From a virus, in UHGV virus genome UHGV-0120925: a stretch of 30,012 nucleotides of DNA. The stretch is one strand, 5' to 3'. The translations under genes were made by a program, and so were the position numbers. The notes below the pieces were generated by a model that had not been told where the DNA came from, searched no databases, and saw nothing but the letters and a program-made list of their open reading frames with translations. Each line of letters starts with the position of its first letter. Within the stretch, counting starts at the first letter, position 1. Shown one piece after another: positions 1 through 8,843 of the stretch.

Positions 1-38
1 GTAGCGGCAGGTGTCTATGAACACGTTTCAGTGAAACC

Positions 39-55
39 ATTTAAGAAAGTGTTCT
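39..55. repeat. Left copy of 17-bp perfect direct repeat ATTTAAGAAAGTGTTCT; candidate att core
   Basis: Identical 17-mer at 29958..29974; the two copies bracket the invertase end and the integrase end. A second shorter similarity (TTAAAGGGCAC at 118..128 vs TTAAGGGCAC near 29993) lies just inside/outside. Confidence 0.4.
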
Positions 56-121
56 AATTTATTAGAATTTTGCACTTAAATCAAAAAGTTACTGACAATT
101 CAACCACCAATCAATAAATTA

Positions 122-156
122 AAGGGCACATTAAAGTACACAATATTTGTGCCCTT
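122..156. terminator. Hairpin with perfect 9-bp inverted repeat (AAGGGCACA / TGTGCCCTT) and 17-nt loop, downstream of the invertase gene; possibly bidirectional
   Basis: Stem 122..130 pairs with 148..156; T-rich run follows on the plus strand and an AT-rich run on the minus strand. Loop contains GTACACA, the motif repeated next to int. Confidence 0.4.
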
Positions 157-175
157 CTCTGTTTCTTTCCCGTTA

Positions 176-724
176 TCAGCTAGCTGGAAACTTTTTATAC
201 AGAGTTGAGAGCCCTACTCCATACGTTTTTGATACGCTTTGTCGTGATTCACCGGTTGCCATCCGCTCCCCCATTTCCCGCCATTGCTCATCCGTGAACT
301 TAGGCCTGCGACCACCAACTCGCCATTTTGCCCTGGCTACGGCCAGCCCTGCTAAGGTACGTTCGCTATTAAGATCAGATTCATATTGTGCTGCGGAAAG
401 GATGTTACGAAAGTTATAGCGGCCGCTGGCTGTTTTGAGATCCACGCCATCGGTAATACTGCGGAAGTTGATACCCTTTTCCTGTAACTGCTGGAACATC
501 AACAGCGCATGCAGAACGTTGCGGCCTATCCTGTCCAGCTTCCAGACCACCAGTTCATCCCCCGGCTGCATAGTGGTGATCAGCCGCTTCAGTACCGGAC
601 GATTAGATTTTCTCCCGCTTGCATGCTCTTCAAAAATGTGATCACATCCTGATAACTCAAGGGCAGAGCGCTGAAGTTCAGTATCCTGATGGTTTGTAGA
701 TACTCGGGCATAGCCGTAAATCAT
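176..724 (-). CDS. Serine recombinase, DNA invertase of the Hin/Gin/Cin/Pin family
   Basis: Translation from ATG 724 reads MIYGYARVSTNHQD...LVVWKLDRIGR...ERTLAGLAVARA...GVGLSTLYKKFPAS, matching the N-terminal catalytic serine region and C-terminal HTH of Hin/Pin. RBS AGGAGA upstream. The longer track ORF from 769 is an upstream extension. Confidence 0.92.
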   Translation of the reverse strand: MIYGYARVSTNHQDTELQRSALELSGCDHIFEEHASGRKSNRPVLKRLITTMQPGDELVVWKLDRIGRNVLHALLMFQQLQEKGINFRSITDGVDLKTASGRYNFRNILSAAQYESDLNSERTLAGLAVARAKWRVGGRRPKFTDEQWREMGERMATGESRQSVSKTYGVGLSTLYKKFPAS

Positions 725-779
725 GGGATTTCTCCTGTTATGAAAACAGGAGAAACGGCGAAGCATCACCAGATTTTTG

Positions 780-1586
780 ATGGTTATAAAAAAGGTCGGT
801 TTGGGAAGTGCAGCTATTCTTGATTCTGGGGCAGGACTGAATCAGGTGCTTACATCAACGAATGATGGCACTAAAAGTTTTGGGTTAGGAGCAACGTATC
901 CATCTGTCAGCACTAATGGCCAAGTGGCTACAGATTCAACGGGGTTTTACAGACAAAATAATACAACGGGCTCCAATTTCTTTGGGCATTGGGGGGCTGG
1001 GGTTGGGATTATGTATAGCTCCCCAACTAAATTTAATATTTTCGTCAGGCAAGATGGCAAAATTTATTTCAATAAAGTTTCATCTGGATCAGAAGACTGG
1101 AGAGCTATAGCCAAGACAACACTTAACACGACTGTCGATAGCAATGGTTTCCTTAAAACGGCCTCACCCGTCGTTAAGATTTTCAGCAGCGGTAGATGTG
1201 AAACTAATGAAGAATCGGAAGGTTGTACTGTAACTCGCATGAAAACTGGAGAGTATCTGATCGAGGGCTGCATGGGAATGAACTCAGATGCTGCCTGGGG
1301 AGGTGTTGATGGTGGGTTTGTTATCCCTAAAGATCGCAATGGGCAGGCATTAATATGGCTTGACTACGAGGTAAATGCCGACGGGTCAGTGCTCGTGAAA
1401 ACATTCCACCGGGAATACCCGACAGCACCGATATTTGCGAGGAACTCACGGGAAGGTTTAGTAGATGGTGAACCGGCCGATATTCCGGCCGATCAGTTTG
1501 TCAGTGTCCGGGTAGAGATGCCGCAAAACAGTATCTGGAATCAGCGTGTGGCTATGGATGAAGTTCCTGATTTATCCGCTGATTAA
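780..1586 (+). CDS. Alternative tail-fibre C-terminal cassette, silent in this orientation
   Basis: No RBS before ATG 780. Begins VIKKVGLGS, paralleling ARKNLGLGD in the expressed fibre; C-terminus FVSVRVEMPQNSIWNQR parallels SWIDVRLDMPDDSAFNQR. Converges on and overlaps the expressed cassette by 35 bp. Confidence 0.7.
   Translation: MVIKKVGLGSAAILDSGAGLNQVLTSTNDGTKSFGLGATYPSVSTNGQVATDSTGFYRQNNTTGSNFFGHWGAGVGIMYSSPTKFNIFVRQDGKIYFNKVSSGSEDWRAIAKTTLNTTVDSNGFLKTASPVVKIFSSGRCETNEESEGCTVTRMKTGEYLIEGCMGMNSDAAWGGVDGGFVIPKDRNGQALIWLDYEVNADGSVLVKTFHREYPTAPIFARNSREGLVDGEPADIPADQFVSVRVEMPQNSIWNQRVAMDEVPDLSAD
784..809. repeat. Inversion crossover site 1 (hix/gix-like), adjacent to the invertase gene
   Basis: Core AAAAAGG-TC-GGTTTGGGA is an imperfect inverted copy of the site at 2342..2367 (15 of 18 core positions identical). 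Lies at the first codons of the silent cassette. Confidence 0.6.
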
Positions 1587-2829
1587 AGGCAGAATCATCT
1601 GGCATATCCAGGCGAACATCGATCCAACTGTTCACCGGCACGTCCATCGGTTCCCCTTTCGTTTTGACGATCTCCACGCCATCGCTCAGCATGTATTTCT
1701 GTTTAAACAAGCGGATAGTCAGTCCGCAGCTTTCAGTCTGCTCCGCTTCAACAACACCCATCTCGCCCATGCCGCCAGGGTCCATTGGCGGCAGTATCTG
1801 CCATCCCTCAGAAGCCAGGCCTGCCGAACCGGCGAGCACGTAAACACCGACGTCGAGACGAAAAAGAGTTATTCCCTCCGCCTCAGAGTTCGCCGTTCCA
1901 CAGCCACACCAGGAGAAACCATCCTCTGCAACATCAGCGCGTTCCGTTTCTTCCCGGCTTTTGACAATACGGGCCACTGGTGATGCTGCTTTAAGCGTAC
2001 CATCGGAGGATTTTGTTGTATTAGCAGTTGTATATAATTCTGCTGCAGCCCAGGCGTTAGGGTTCGTAGAGTGTCGACATCGGATGATAGCTCTTGGTGA
2101 CTCGGCGTATGCGTTCAAAATAAACTGACCGCCGACTGCCCCGCCACCTTTAATATTTAATCCGACCTGCCACTGACCCGGGAATACTCCTCCGCCGGAA
2201 GAATTCCAGTAACCGAAACCGGTTGTTTCATTGCCTCCCAGCGGAACCACTGTACTCGCACCATTAAGCGTAATACCCAGCCCGAAAGCACCAACTCCCA
2301 TCACATCATTGCTGCCTGCACCTACACTCCTGGTCGCACTGTCTCCTAAACCGAGGTTTTTGCGAGCGTCTTCTGCCTTCGTTGCCCCGGTCCCGCCGTC
2401 AGCGATTGCAAGCGCACCATTGCTCCCTTTCTGCGCAAGTTTACCGATGCCTGGGATGGTTACGGCGGTGCCGTTGATGGTAACTGTGATGCTTTGGTTT
2501 GCTGAGGTGGTGGCGAACGTCTCCCACGCGCCAATATTCTCGTCATACTCCTTGATAAGCTGCGACATGGCCTGCGCCAGCCCATCAACCGAGATATTGT
2601 CTGATACCAGAATGCCGTACTTCTGGCCGCTCAGCGCCGGAGAAGCTGCAGGCGTTACCGTCATTGACGTGGCGCTATTCACGGATGAAATCTGGAACAT
2701 CTGAACCGGGTTAGACATGACAATAATCGTCTGGCCAGCGCGAACCTGGCTGGCCGGTGCAGTCCAGTTTGTACCGGAGCCGGTTGCGGTATTTCCGTTA
2801 ATAGAGATAGTTCCGGTGCTATAAATCAT
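1552..2829 (-). CDS. Side tail-fibre protein: constant N-terminal part (2355..2829) fused to the currently expressed variable cassette
   Basis: RBS TAGGAG before ATG 2829. GGTGATKAEDARKNLGLG motif is typical of phage tail fibres. Crossover site falls in codons KNLGLG. Confidence 0.85.
   Translation of the reverse strand: MIYSTGTISINGNTATGSGTNWTAPASQVRAGQTIIVMSNPVQMFQISSVNSATSMTVTPAASPALSGQKYGILVSDNISVDGLAQAMSQLIKEYDENIGAWETFATTSANQSITVTINGTAVTIPGIGKLAQKGSNGALAIADGGTGATKAEDARKNLGLGDSATRSVGAGSNDVMGVGAFGLGITLNGASTVVPLGGNETTGFGYWNSSGGGVFPGQWQVGLNIKGGGAVGGQFILNAYAESPRAIIRCRHSTNPNAWAAAELYTTANTTKSSDGTLKAASPVARIVKSREETERADVAEDGFSWCGCGTANSEAEGITLFRLDVGVYVLAGSAGLASEGWQILPPMDPGGMGEMGVVEAEQTESCGLTIRLFKQKYMLSDGVEIVKTKGEPMDVPVNSWIDVRLDMPDDSAFNQRINQELHP
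2342..2367. repeat. Inversion crossover site 2 (hix/gix-like) inside the tail-fibre gene
   Basis: TCTCCTAAACC-GA-GGTTTTTGCGAG has a palindromic core AAACC-GA-GGTTT resembling gix/hix sites. Inverted relative to site 1. Confidence 0.65.
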
Positions 2830-2909
2830 AACAACTCCTAAATTTAGACAACATGAAGCCCGGAGAGGTATATAACCCTCACCAGAAATAATTTCTGAAT
2901 TGGTTTTTA

Positions 2910-3209
2910 ATACATGTTGGGCAACGCCAGTGTTGGCATAGCTATAGTTGTATCAAATGCCATTGACCACCCACCCAAATAATAATTGCCGACTACTTTA
3001 TTCCTTTCTGCTCTGACATTCCCACCTGTCATTACAATTCCTTTATACCTAATATTTCCGTAACCACCAACGTGTCGACAGTTAGCCCCGGTATAAACAA
3101 TCTGGCAAAATTCATCACCAATATTCAGGTTCGCATTGGCGATATTTATTGTCCCATCAAAAATGAATGGCTTCGTGCAAGTAAGAAGACGTTTGCGTTG
3201 ACGATTGGT
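2910..3209 (-). pseudogene. Start-less open frame of 100 codons in AT-rich DNA; possible decayed gene remnant between J and the tail fibre
   Basis: Hand translation of the minus strand is stop-free from 3209 to 2910 (...PFIFDGTINIANANLNIGDEF...GNYYLGGWSMAFDTT...), with the first ATG only at codon 60. Confidence 0.2.
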
Positions 3210-3334
3210 TTATTCAATCCATCAACTAAAATACCATGTAAACGAATTGCCATAACATTTCCAACTTTATTTTACTTACTCAACACAACAAGTATATTAA
3301 AATTGAACCTTGTCAACAACACAAAGGAGTCCCA

Positions 3335-3565
3335 ATGAAACTCGCTCTAATTATGCTGCCATTATGTCTGTCCCTCACTGCATGTGGTAGTGGCCTGAAT
3401 ACCGGTAAACCGAATTCCGGCGTTATCCCAAAACCCTTGGATTGGGATAACGGTTCTTTAATTTATGATACCGAAAAGCTTCCAATGACTGGGCAATGGT
3501 GCCATGAGATTGATCATGAATACCGACGAATTGGTTCACCTTCAAACTGTGTAGCTAACTACTAA
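3335..3565 (+). CDS. Small secreted lipoprotein (moron), predicted outer-membrane localised
   Basis: MKLALIMLPLCLSLTAC has a signal peptide and lipobox L-T-A-C, with Gly at +2. RBS AAGGAG, AT-rich upstream region, opposite strand to the flanking tail genes, terminator immediately downstream. Confidence 0.75.
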   Translation: MKLALIMLPLCLSLTACGSGLNTGKPNSGVIPKPLDWDNGSLIYDTEKLPMTGQWCHEIDHEYRRIGSPSNCVANY

Positions 3566-3571
3566 AAGAAA

Positions 3572-3598
3572 CCCCCCGCGCTAAGCGTGGTTGTTTTT
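3572..3598. terminator. Rho-independent terminator hairpin shared by the lipoprotein gene (plus) and J (minus)
   Basis: CCGCGC-TAA-GCGTGG stem (one G-U pair) followed by TTGTTTTT on the plus strand; the complement gives a U-rich tail after the J stop. Confidence 0.55.
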
Positions 3599-6500
3599 AT
3601 CCTGAGAATGAACCAGAACCGCGCGACACAATGACGGTCGGTGAATTTATATAAGCCCCCATACTATTTTGAGCGGATACCTTAATTTTAACTGTAACGG
3701 CACTACTGGTTACAGGTGATGAGTGCATTACAAGACGCTCGTTGCCGTCTATAGAAAGTTTTTTTTCTGAACCGTCAATGTTTATCGTGCAGCCACCAAA
3801 ACCTTTAACGTTTGCCATAACGCAGATATGTCTTCTATGTGCTGCACTTGATGTGTCATTGTATGTAATTGTTTTTTCGAGTACGCCATCATTTAACCTG
3901 CTAACGTCAGATCCTGTGTACATATTCGCAACGTCTCCCACAAAACTGGTAGCTTCCACAGTACCCGTGAATTTACCTCTTGTTGCTTGTATCTCACCAG
4001 TAAAGCTACCGCCACTAGCATATACTACACCTCTGACGGTCACATTGTTGAATTCAGCATCTCCAGCTTTATTCAACTTCCAACCAGCAGAACCAGCTGC
4101 ATAGTTGTTGGACTGGATATAGTTGCCGATTTTGGCGTTCTCAATGGTGCCGTCCTGGATGAAGCTGGCCCGGATGAATGTCTGCCCGTTCTGGATCACG
4201 AACGGCAAAGCTACGCCGTTACCGGCAGCTGTCGTGACTGCGAAGCGGTCAGCCAGGAAGATGACCTGTGACTGCATGCCGGACGGCGTATTCTCCACGC
4301 CGATCCCCATCCCTGCGGCGTAATACTGACCATTGCTGGAGACACCAACCTTGATGCTGTACATCGCCTTCAGATCACCGTTAACGTTCGCTATGGCCTC
4401 AGCGTTGGTGGTGATCGCAGAAGTATGTCCATTTACGGTCGCCGTGATGCTGTTTACCTGCGTGGCCATAGCCTGCTGGTAATCCGAAAACGTCTGGTTC
4501 AGGCTGTTGATGGAAGCCTTATTGCCGTTCACGTCAGTCTGCAAACTCAGCAGCGAACGCGCCGTTGCCTCCTTCTCGTTGACGATCACCTCATCAATGC
4601 GGTCCAGCTGCGCGCTGTTACCGGCGACGGATGCAGACAGCGTTTTGCGCGCCGCCACCTGCGCCAGGTTGCCCTGAATAATCGCGATGGCAGAGTTCTT
4701 CACTCCTCCCGTCATACCGTCCACAGACACGCTGATGTTATCGATGCGCTGGCCCAGCGCGGTATCAGCCGTCGCCACTGTCTGCTCAAGCTTGCTCAGA
4801 GAAGAAGACACATCTCCGACCGTGCTCGACAGGTTTGTAACGCTGGTCTGAACCTTCCCGATATCCTGGGCGTTTTTGGCGATATCTTTCGCTTGCTGCT
4901 CCAGCTCGTCGGCATGGTTTTTGATTTCGTCAGCCATGCCAGCAATTTTTTCATTGCTGTCCACTGCGCTCTCAATCAGATCTTTAAACGTATCGGAGTC
5001 TTTAATTTCCTCCAGAATCACATCTGTGATATCGGAAACATCGATGCTGGCCTGTCCTCGCACCCATTCTGTGTACCCTGATTCGTTGCCGCTGCGGTCC
5101 ACCAGCTGCGCGCGGTACCAGAAAATCTGCCCAGCCTTTAATCCCATCTGCTGATATTTACGCTGTGGGTATGGCACATCGGCCAGCAATATCGCATCAC
5201 CATCAGTACCGGTCAGGCTGTACTGAATTTCCGTCTTCAGCGTGTCGTCGGTATTCGCCGGGAATCCCCAGTTCAGCTCGATGCCGAAAACCACATTTTC
5301 AGAAGCGATGAAGCCAACCGGTTTCGGCGGATTGCCCACTTTACCCGTAAGATTTACTTCTGATGATGTCGCCCATACTGATGAAACGTCGCTGGCGTTC
5401 ACCGCCCTGACACGGACCAGATAGCGACCCGAGTAGATACCCTGCACTTCAAAGCCGAGAGAAGACGTTCGGGGCACACTAATCCAGTTGCCGCTGTCAC
5501 GCCGCCATTCCGCCTCGTACGCAACTGCACCCTGAACAGAATCCCAGGCAACGCGCATAGTGGTAATCGCAATGTTCTGGTTAACCGTAGAGTAACTGTC
5601 TACGACAATATTTCCTGGGGGAGCCTGAACCCCCGGTGGAATGACACTGACTGGCCGCTCGTCCAGTCTTGCGCCGGTATCAACAGCGGAATAGATATCA
5701 GGGTTGTAAGTCGTCCCGGTGACCTCGAAAGTACCGTCGTTGTTGTCCCGCGTTCCCGTAACACGGAAAAGCGCTATAAACAGATCGTCAGAGTCCACAC
5801 CCCAGTTACATTCAGCCTCCGGCGTTTCGCTGTAGGGTGTGGTGACAGTGACTGTGTTTCCGTTAACGGCCTGGACGGTTCTGGCCTGAGCTGTGCCTGA
5901 CGGAAGATTCAAAAACAGCCTGTTACCGGCTTTCACATCAGCAGCGCGATCGAGGGTTATGTTGCGGCCGTTAACCGCACTCACCCTGCCGCCGATAGTT
6001 CTTCCGGCCAGCTCGTTAGCAGCCACGCCGATCACCTCACCAACAGGGGGGACGTCCATGCCTGTGCTGAAGGTCACCACCTCGCCGATACCGTTGGTAA
6101 GCAGCGCCCAGCGCCCCCGCCGGTTTGCCTCTGACTGCCTGGTGCAGCCGATCGCAGTCATTTCGAGCTGACGATAATCGAAACGCATGGCCAGATCGCT
6201 ATCGTAAACAGGCTCAGGCGTATCTTTGTAGTGGTTGGCAGGGTCTGACCAGTTCACCAGCGCGGCAGTGTTTCGGGTGGTTTCACTCGGGTCCGCAAAG
6301 GTAAATTTACCCTCAACTACGCTGGCGTGGTTATAGATATGCCACACATCGCGGGGCATATCAGCCAGGACATACATCTTATTGTCACCCCAGTACGTCA
6401 TGCCGCGAAATATACCCGCCAGATCACGAAGTACGGTCCAGGCGTCATTACGGTCCTGGATATAAACGTTGCAACGAAAACGAGGCTCCGTCCCGCTGCC

Positions 6501-7493
6501 GCCCTTGCCGTCTGGTACCAGTTGATCGCAATACTGGGCGATGCGATAAAGTTCCCATTTGTCTATCTGAGTCGCATCGATTCTTTGACCCAGCCCGAAG
6601 CGCTCGTTCAGAATGATGTCGTAATAAATCCAGGCAGGGTTATCCGTCCACGCCCATTTAAATACGCCCTCCCATGTACCAGAATAAGTGCGGGTTTCGG
6701 GATCATAAGTATCAGGTACACGGATGATTCGCCCTTTCGGATTACACACAACCTGAGGAATGCCATTAGGGAACTGCTTTGCGTCAAACTCTACATACAG
6801 CAGCGCTGTGTTAACGTAGCGAAGTTTGGCGTCAATAATTTCAGTAACGGCCACAACGCGCATGGTGTCGACGATATTCACGCTCGTGGAATCCGGTGTG
6901 ATTCTGCGAACCCGCAACTGCCATCCAGTCGAGGCTTTCGGAAGATTGACGCGGTGACTGCGCTCATAAAGCGACGTGGTTTTGTCATCAACAGCACCGT
7001 TAACCACCGTTTCATACGGCCCGCCATCGACCGACAGATCGATAGCATACTCAACGCGGGTGCCGACTTTATCGCCGTTGTTTTTCTGGAGTAAAAGAGT
7101 TGGCCATCCCAGGCGAATTCGCAGCGCAGAGAGCTGCGTGTTGGATACCGCGCGCACGTACGGCACAGCCTGTTTCAGCTCATATGAAACCTGAAGTTCG
7201 TTTTCAATGCCCGGAAAGCCCTGAATGTAATCCTGGTCCTGAGTACCGGAACGGAACTCGTATTTTACATTATTGAAATTGTAACTTCCGTCGGCGTTCT
7301 GGAGAGGCGTGTATGAAGATGAGTCACCAAGGAAAATATTTTTACCATCAAGCCCACCGGCGAACTCCCCCTCCCCAAGAGCAATAAGCACTTTTGCCCT
7401 GGCAATGGACTGAATGCTGTCCGGTGCCTCAACAGGCGTTCGGGTCTGATTGCTGCCACCTTTGCCGCGGCCTTTGATGATTGTCGTCGTCAT
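3597..7493 (-). CDS. J: Central tail fibre / host specificity protein J
   Basis: 1298 aa. Strong similarity to lambda J in the region ...NTALLYVEFDAKQF...YSGTWEGVFKWAW...DKWELYRIAQYCDQLVPDG.... Position after I matches lambda order. Confidence 0.93.
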   Translation of the reverse strand: MTTTIIKGRGKGGSNQTRTPVEAPDSIQSIARAKVLIALGEGEFAGGLDGKNIFLGDSSSYTPLQNADGSYNFNNVKYEFRSGTQDQDYIQGFPGIENELQVSYELKQAVPYVRAVSNTQLSALRIRLGWPTLLLQKNNGDKVGTRVEYAIDLSVDGGPYETVVNGAVDDKTTSLYERSHRVNLPKASTGWQLRVRRITPDSTSVNIVDTMRVVAVTEIIDAKLRYVNTALLYVEFDAKQFPNGIPQVVCNPKGRIIRVPDTYDPETRTYSGTWEGVFKWAWTDNPAWIYYDIILNERFGLGQRIDATQIDKWELYRIAQYCDQLVPDGKGGSGTEPRFRCNVYIQDRNDAWTVLRDLAGIFRGMTYWGDNKMYVLADMPRDVWHIYNHASVVEGKFTFADPSETTRNTAALVNWSDPANHYKDTPEPVYDSDLAMRFDYRQLEMTAIGCTRQSEANRRGRWALLTNGIGEVVTFSTGMDVPPVGEVIGVAANELAGRTIGGRVSAVNGRNITLDRAADVKAGNRLFLNLPSGTAQARTVQAVNGNTVTVTTPYSETPEAECNWGVDSDDLFIALFRVTGTRDNNDGTFEVTGTTYNPDIYSAVDTGARLDERPVSVIPPGVQAPPGNIVVDSYSTVNQNIAITTMRVAWDSVQGAVAYEAEWRRDSGNWISVPRTSSLGFEVQGIYSGRYLVRVRAVNASDVSSVWATSSEVNLTGKVGNPPKPVGFIASENVVFGIELNWGFPANTDDTLKTEIQYSLTGTDGDAILLADVPYPQRKYQQMGLKAGQIFWYRAQLVDRSGNESGYTEWVRGQASIDVSDITDVILEEIKDSDTFKDLIESAVDSNEKIAGMADEIKNHADELEQQAKDIAKNAQDIGKVQTSVTNLSSTVGDVSSSLSKLEQTVATADTALGQRIDNISVSVDGMTGGVKNSAIAIIQGNLAQVAARKTLSASVAGNSAQLDRIDEVIVNEKEATARSLLSLQTDVNGNKASINSLNQTFSDYQQAMATQVNSITATVNGHTSAITTNAEAIANVNGDLKAMYSIKVGVSSNGQYYAAGMGIGVENTPSGMQSQVIFLADRFAVTTAAGNGVALPFVIQNGQTFIRASFIQDGTIENAKIGNYIQSNNYAAGSAGWKLNKAGDAEFNNVTVRGVVYASGGSFTGEIQATRGKFTGTVEATSFVGDVANMYTGSDVSRLNDGVLEKTITYNDTSSAAHRRHICVMANVKGFGGCTINIDGSEKKLSIDGNERLVMHSSPVTSSAVTVKIKVSAQNSMGAYINSPTVIVSRGSGSFSG

Positions 7494-7503
7494 ATCGCGT
7501 CCA

Positions 7504-7528
7504 TAAAAAAAGCCACCGTTAGGTGGCT
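7504..7528 (-). terminator. Strong intrinsic terminator between I and J
   Basis: On the minus strand AGCCACC-UAAC-GGUGGCU is followed by six U residues, ending 10 nt before the J start codon. Confidence 0.55.
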
Positions 7529-7546
7529 TACAGTGGGTGGTTTGGT

Positions 7547-8131
7547 TTATTGCTGATCTTCTGCATATATCCCGGCGGAGATAATAGCGCCGCCTATTTC
7601 TCGCTGACCATAAAGCAGGGGAACGGGATTACCGGAAGCTGTCGTATTAACGGGTCCACCAAACGCATAGGAAGGTTTGTTATCAGGATCTTGCCGCATT
7701 CGCAGACCTGAGACCTGAGGAGAGAGCATTTGCACTACACCGCCAACGGCCATCGCGGCACCTACGGAAAACATTAGGTTACTTGCTGCAATACTAACTC
7801 CTGGCATCCATATGGCCGCAGCCACCAAAGCCGTTCCGAGCAATGCCTGGAAAACTCCCGCTCTTTTGCTTCCCCTTATTACAGGGATTATTCTCAGTTC
7901 ATCCCCTGGGCCCAGGAGCTCAAACTCTTCGTGTCCGATATTGCGGCGATCCCGGAAAATAACAAAATCCAGTCCCTTTGCCCGAGCTTCACGCAGATAA
8001 GCATCAAAGCCGTCAATGGTGTTAGAAAGCGCCCTGAACACTTCGCTGGCAGACGTTAGTGCGCGGCGATGTGTCCTGCCAAATCGCTGAGCCATTGAAC
8101 CACTGAGTTTAATGACGGTTTTTCTTTCCAT
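7547..8131 (-). CDS. I: Tail assembly protein I
   Basis: Position after K with a 1-nt stop/start overlap at 8131. Gly/Ala-rich hydrophobic C-terminal half typical of lambda gpI. Confidence 0.8.
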   Translation of the reverse strand: MERKTVIKLSGSMAQRFGRTHRRALTSASEVFRALSNTIDGFDAYLREARAKGLDFVIFRDRRNIGHEEFELLGPGDELRIIPVIRGSKRAGVFQALLGTALVAAAIWMPGVSIAASNLMFSVGAAMAVGGVVQMLSPQVSGLRMRQDPDNKPSYAFGGPVNTTASGNPVPLLYGQREIGGAIISAGIYAEDQQ

Positions 8132-8841
8132 TACATCAAATCCTTATAGCGCAGAATTTTGATGGTACGGTCACGATAATAGCCACCGTATGGAATACGC
8201 TGACTTAGCTGGCCATACATGTGGTGAAGGAGCACATTACCCTCAAGCAAAATACCCGCGTGGTTTGGGACTGCGGACTGTACCTGCATGATCACCATGT
8301 CACCTGGCTGGGAAGGCCCGTCGAACTCCCTGAATCCACACTCATACCAGTTGTCCATGTAGAGGTTTTCGCCCTGCTCCCACCAGTGACGATCCACGCT
8401 GTAATTCGGTAACGTAATACCGTGCTCAGTACGGAAGTAATCCATGATGAGAGACCAGCAGTCGGCGTGACCGAGCACAAACTGGCGACCAGTTAACGGG
8501 CGATCACCACGAGGCATGACGGTACGAATATCCCCTTCAGGCCAGGATGCAATTACCCATGGCAATTCAGTGGCATCGCACATCAGCATGTCGAGTTCAC
8601 TGGGCTGGGTTGTCGCGCCGTCACCAGGATGGCTGTGCACGATAGCAACTACTGTGCCCTGCTCTTCAGCCGCTGCATAATCTTCAGGAGACAATTCAAA
8701 CTGCTCAGTCGGGGATTCAGCCTGATTTCTGCAAGGGATGTATTTCTCTACTCGCCCCTTCTGTATGACAACGCCACAGCATTCGTCTGGACACGATGCG
8801 GCCGCGTGCGCCAGAATGGCGCTAACTGTTTTGTCGCGCAT
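8131..8841 (-). CDS. K: Tail assembly protein K (JAB/MPN plus NlpC/P60-like)
   Basis: HSHP metal-binding motif and Cys/His residues typical of lambda gpK. RBS GAGAGG. Position between L and I. Confidence 0.88.
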   Translation of the reverse strand: MRDKTVSAILAHAAASCPDECCGVVIQKGRVEKYIPCRNQAESPTEQFELSPEDYAAAEEQGTVVAIVHSHPGDGATTQPSELDMLMCDATELPWVIASWPEGDIRTVMPRGDRPLTGRQFVLGHADCWSLIMDYFRTEHGITLPNYSVDRHWWEQGENLYMDNWYECGFREFDGPSQPGDMVIMQVQSAVPNHAGILLEGNVLLHHMYGQLSQRIPYGGYYRDRTIKILRYKDLM

Positions 8842-8843
8842 GA

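Noticed and set aside
1546-2704. Plus-strand ORFs 1546..1983 and 2231..2704
   Set aside because: Both lie antisense within the tail-fibre gene, have no RBS, and their translations are low-complexity; treated as shadow ORFs.
3072-3338. 88-aa plus-strand ORF upstream of the lipoprotein gene
   Set aside because: GTG start, no RBS, AT-rich low-complexity translation; more likely the promoter region of the lipoprotein moron.
3742-7194. Multiple plus-strand ORFs inside the J gene (for example 4425..5081 and 6327..7094)
   Set aside because: Antisense to a well-supported 1298-aa gene with clear lambda J similarity; no start-site support.
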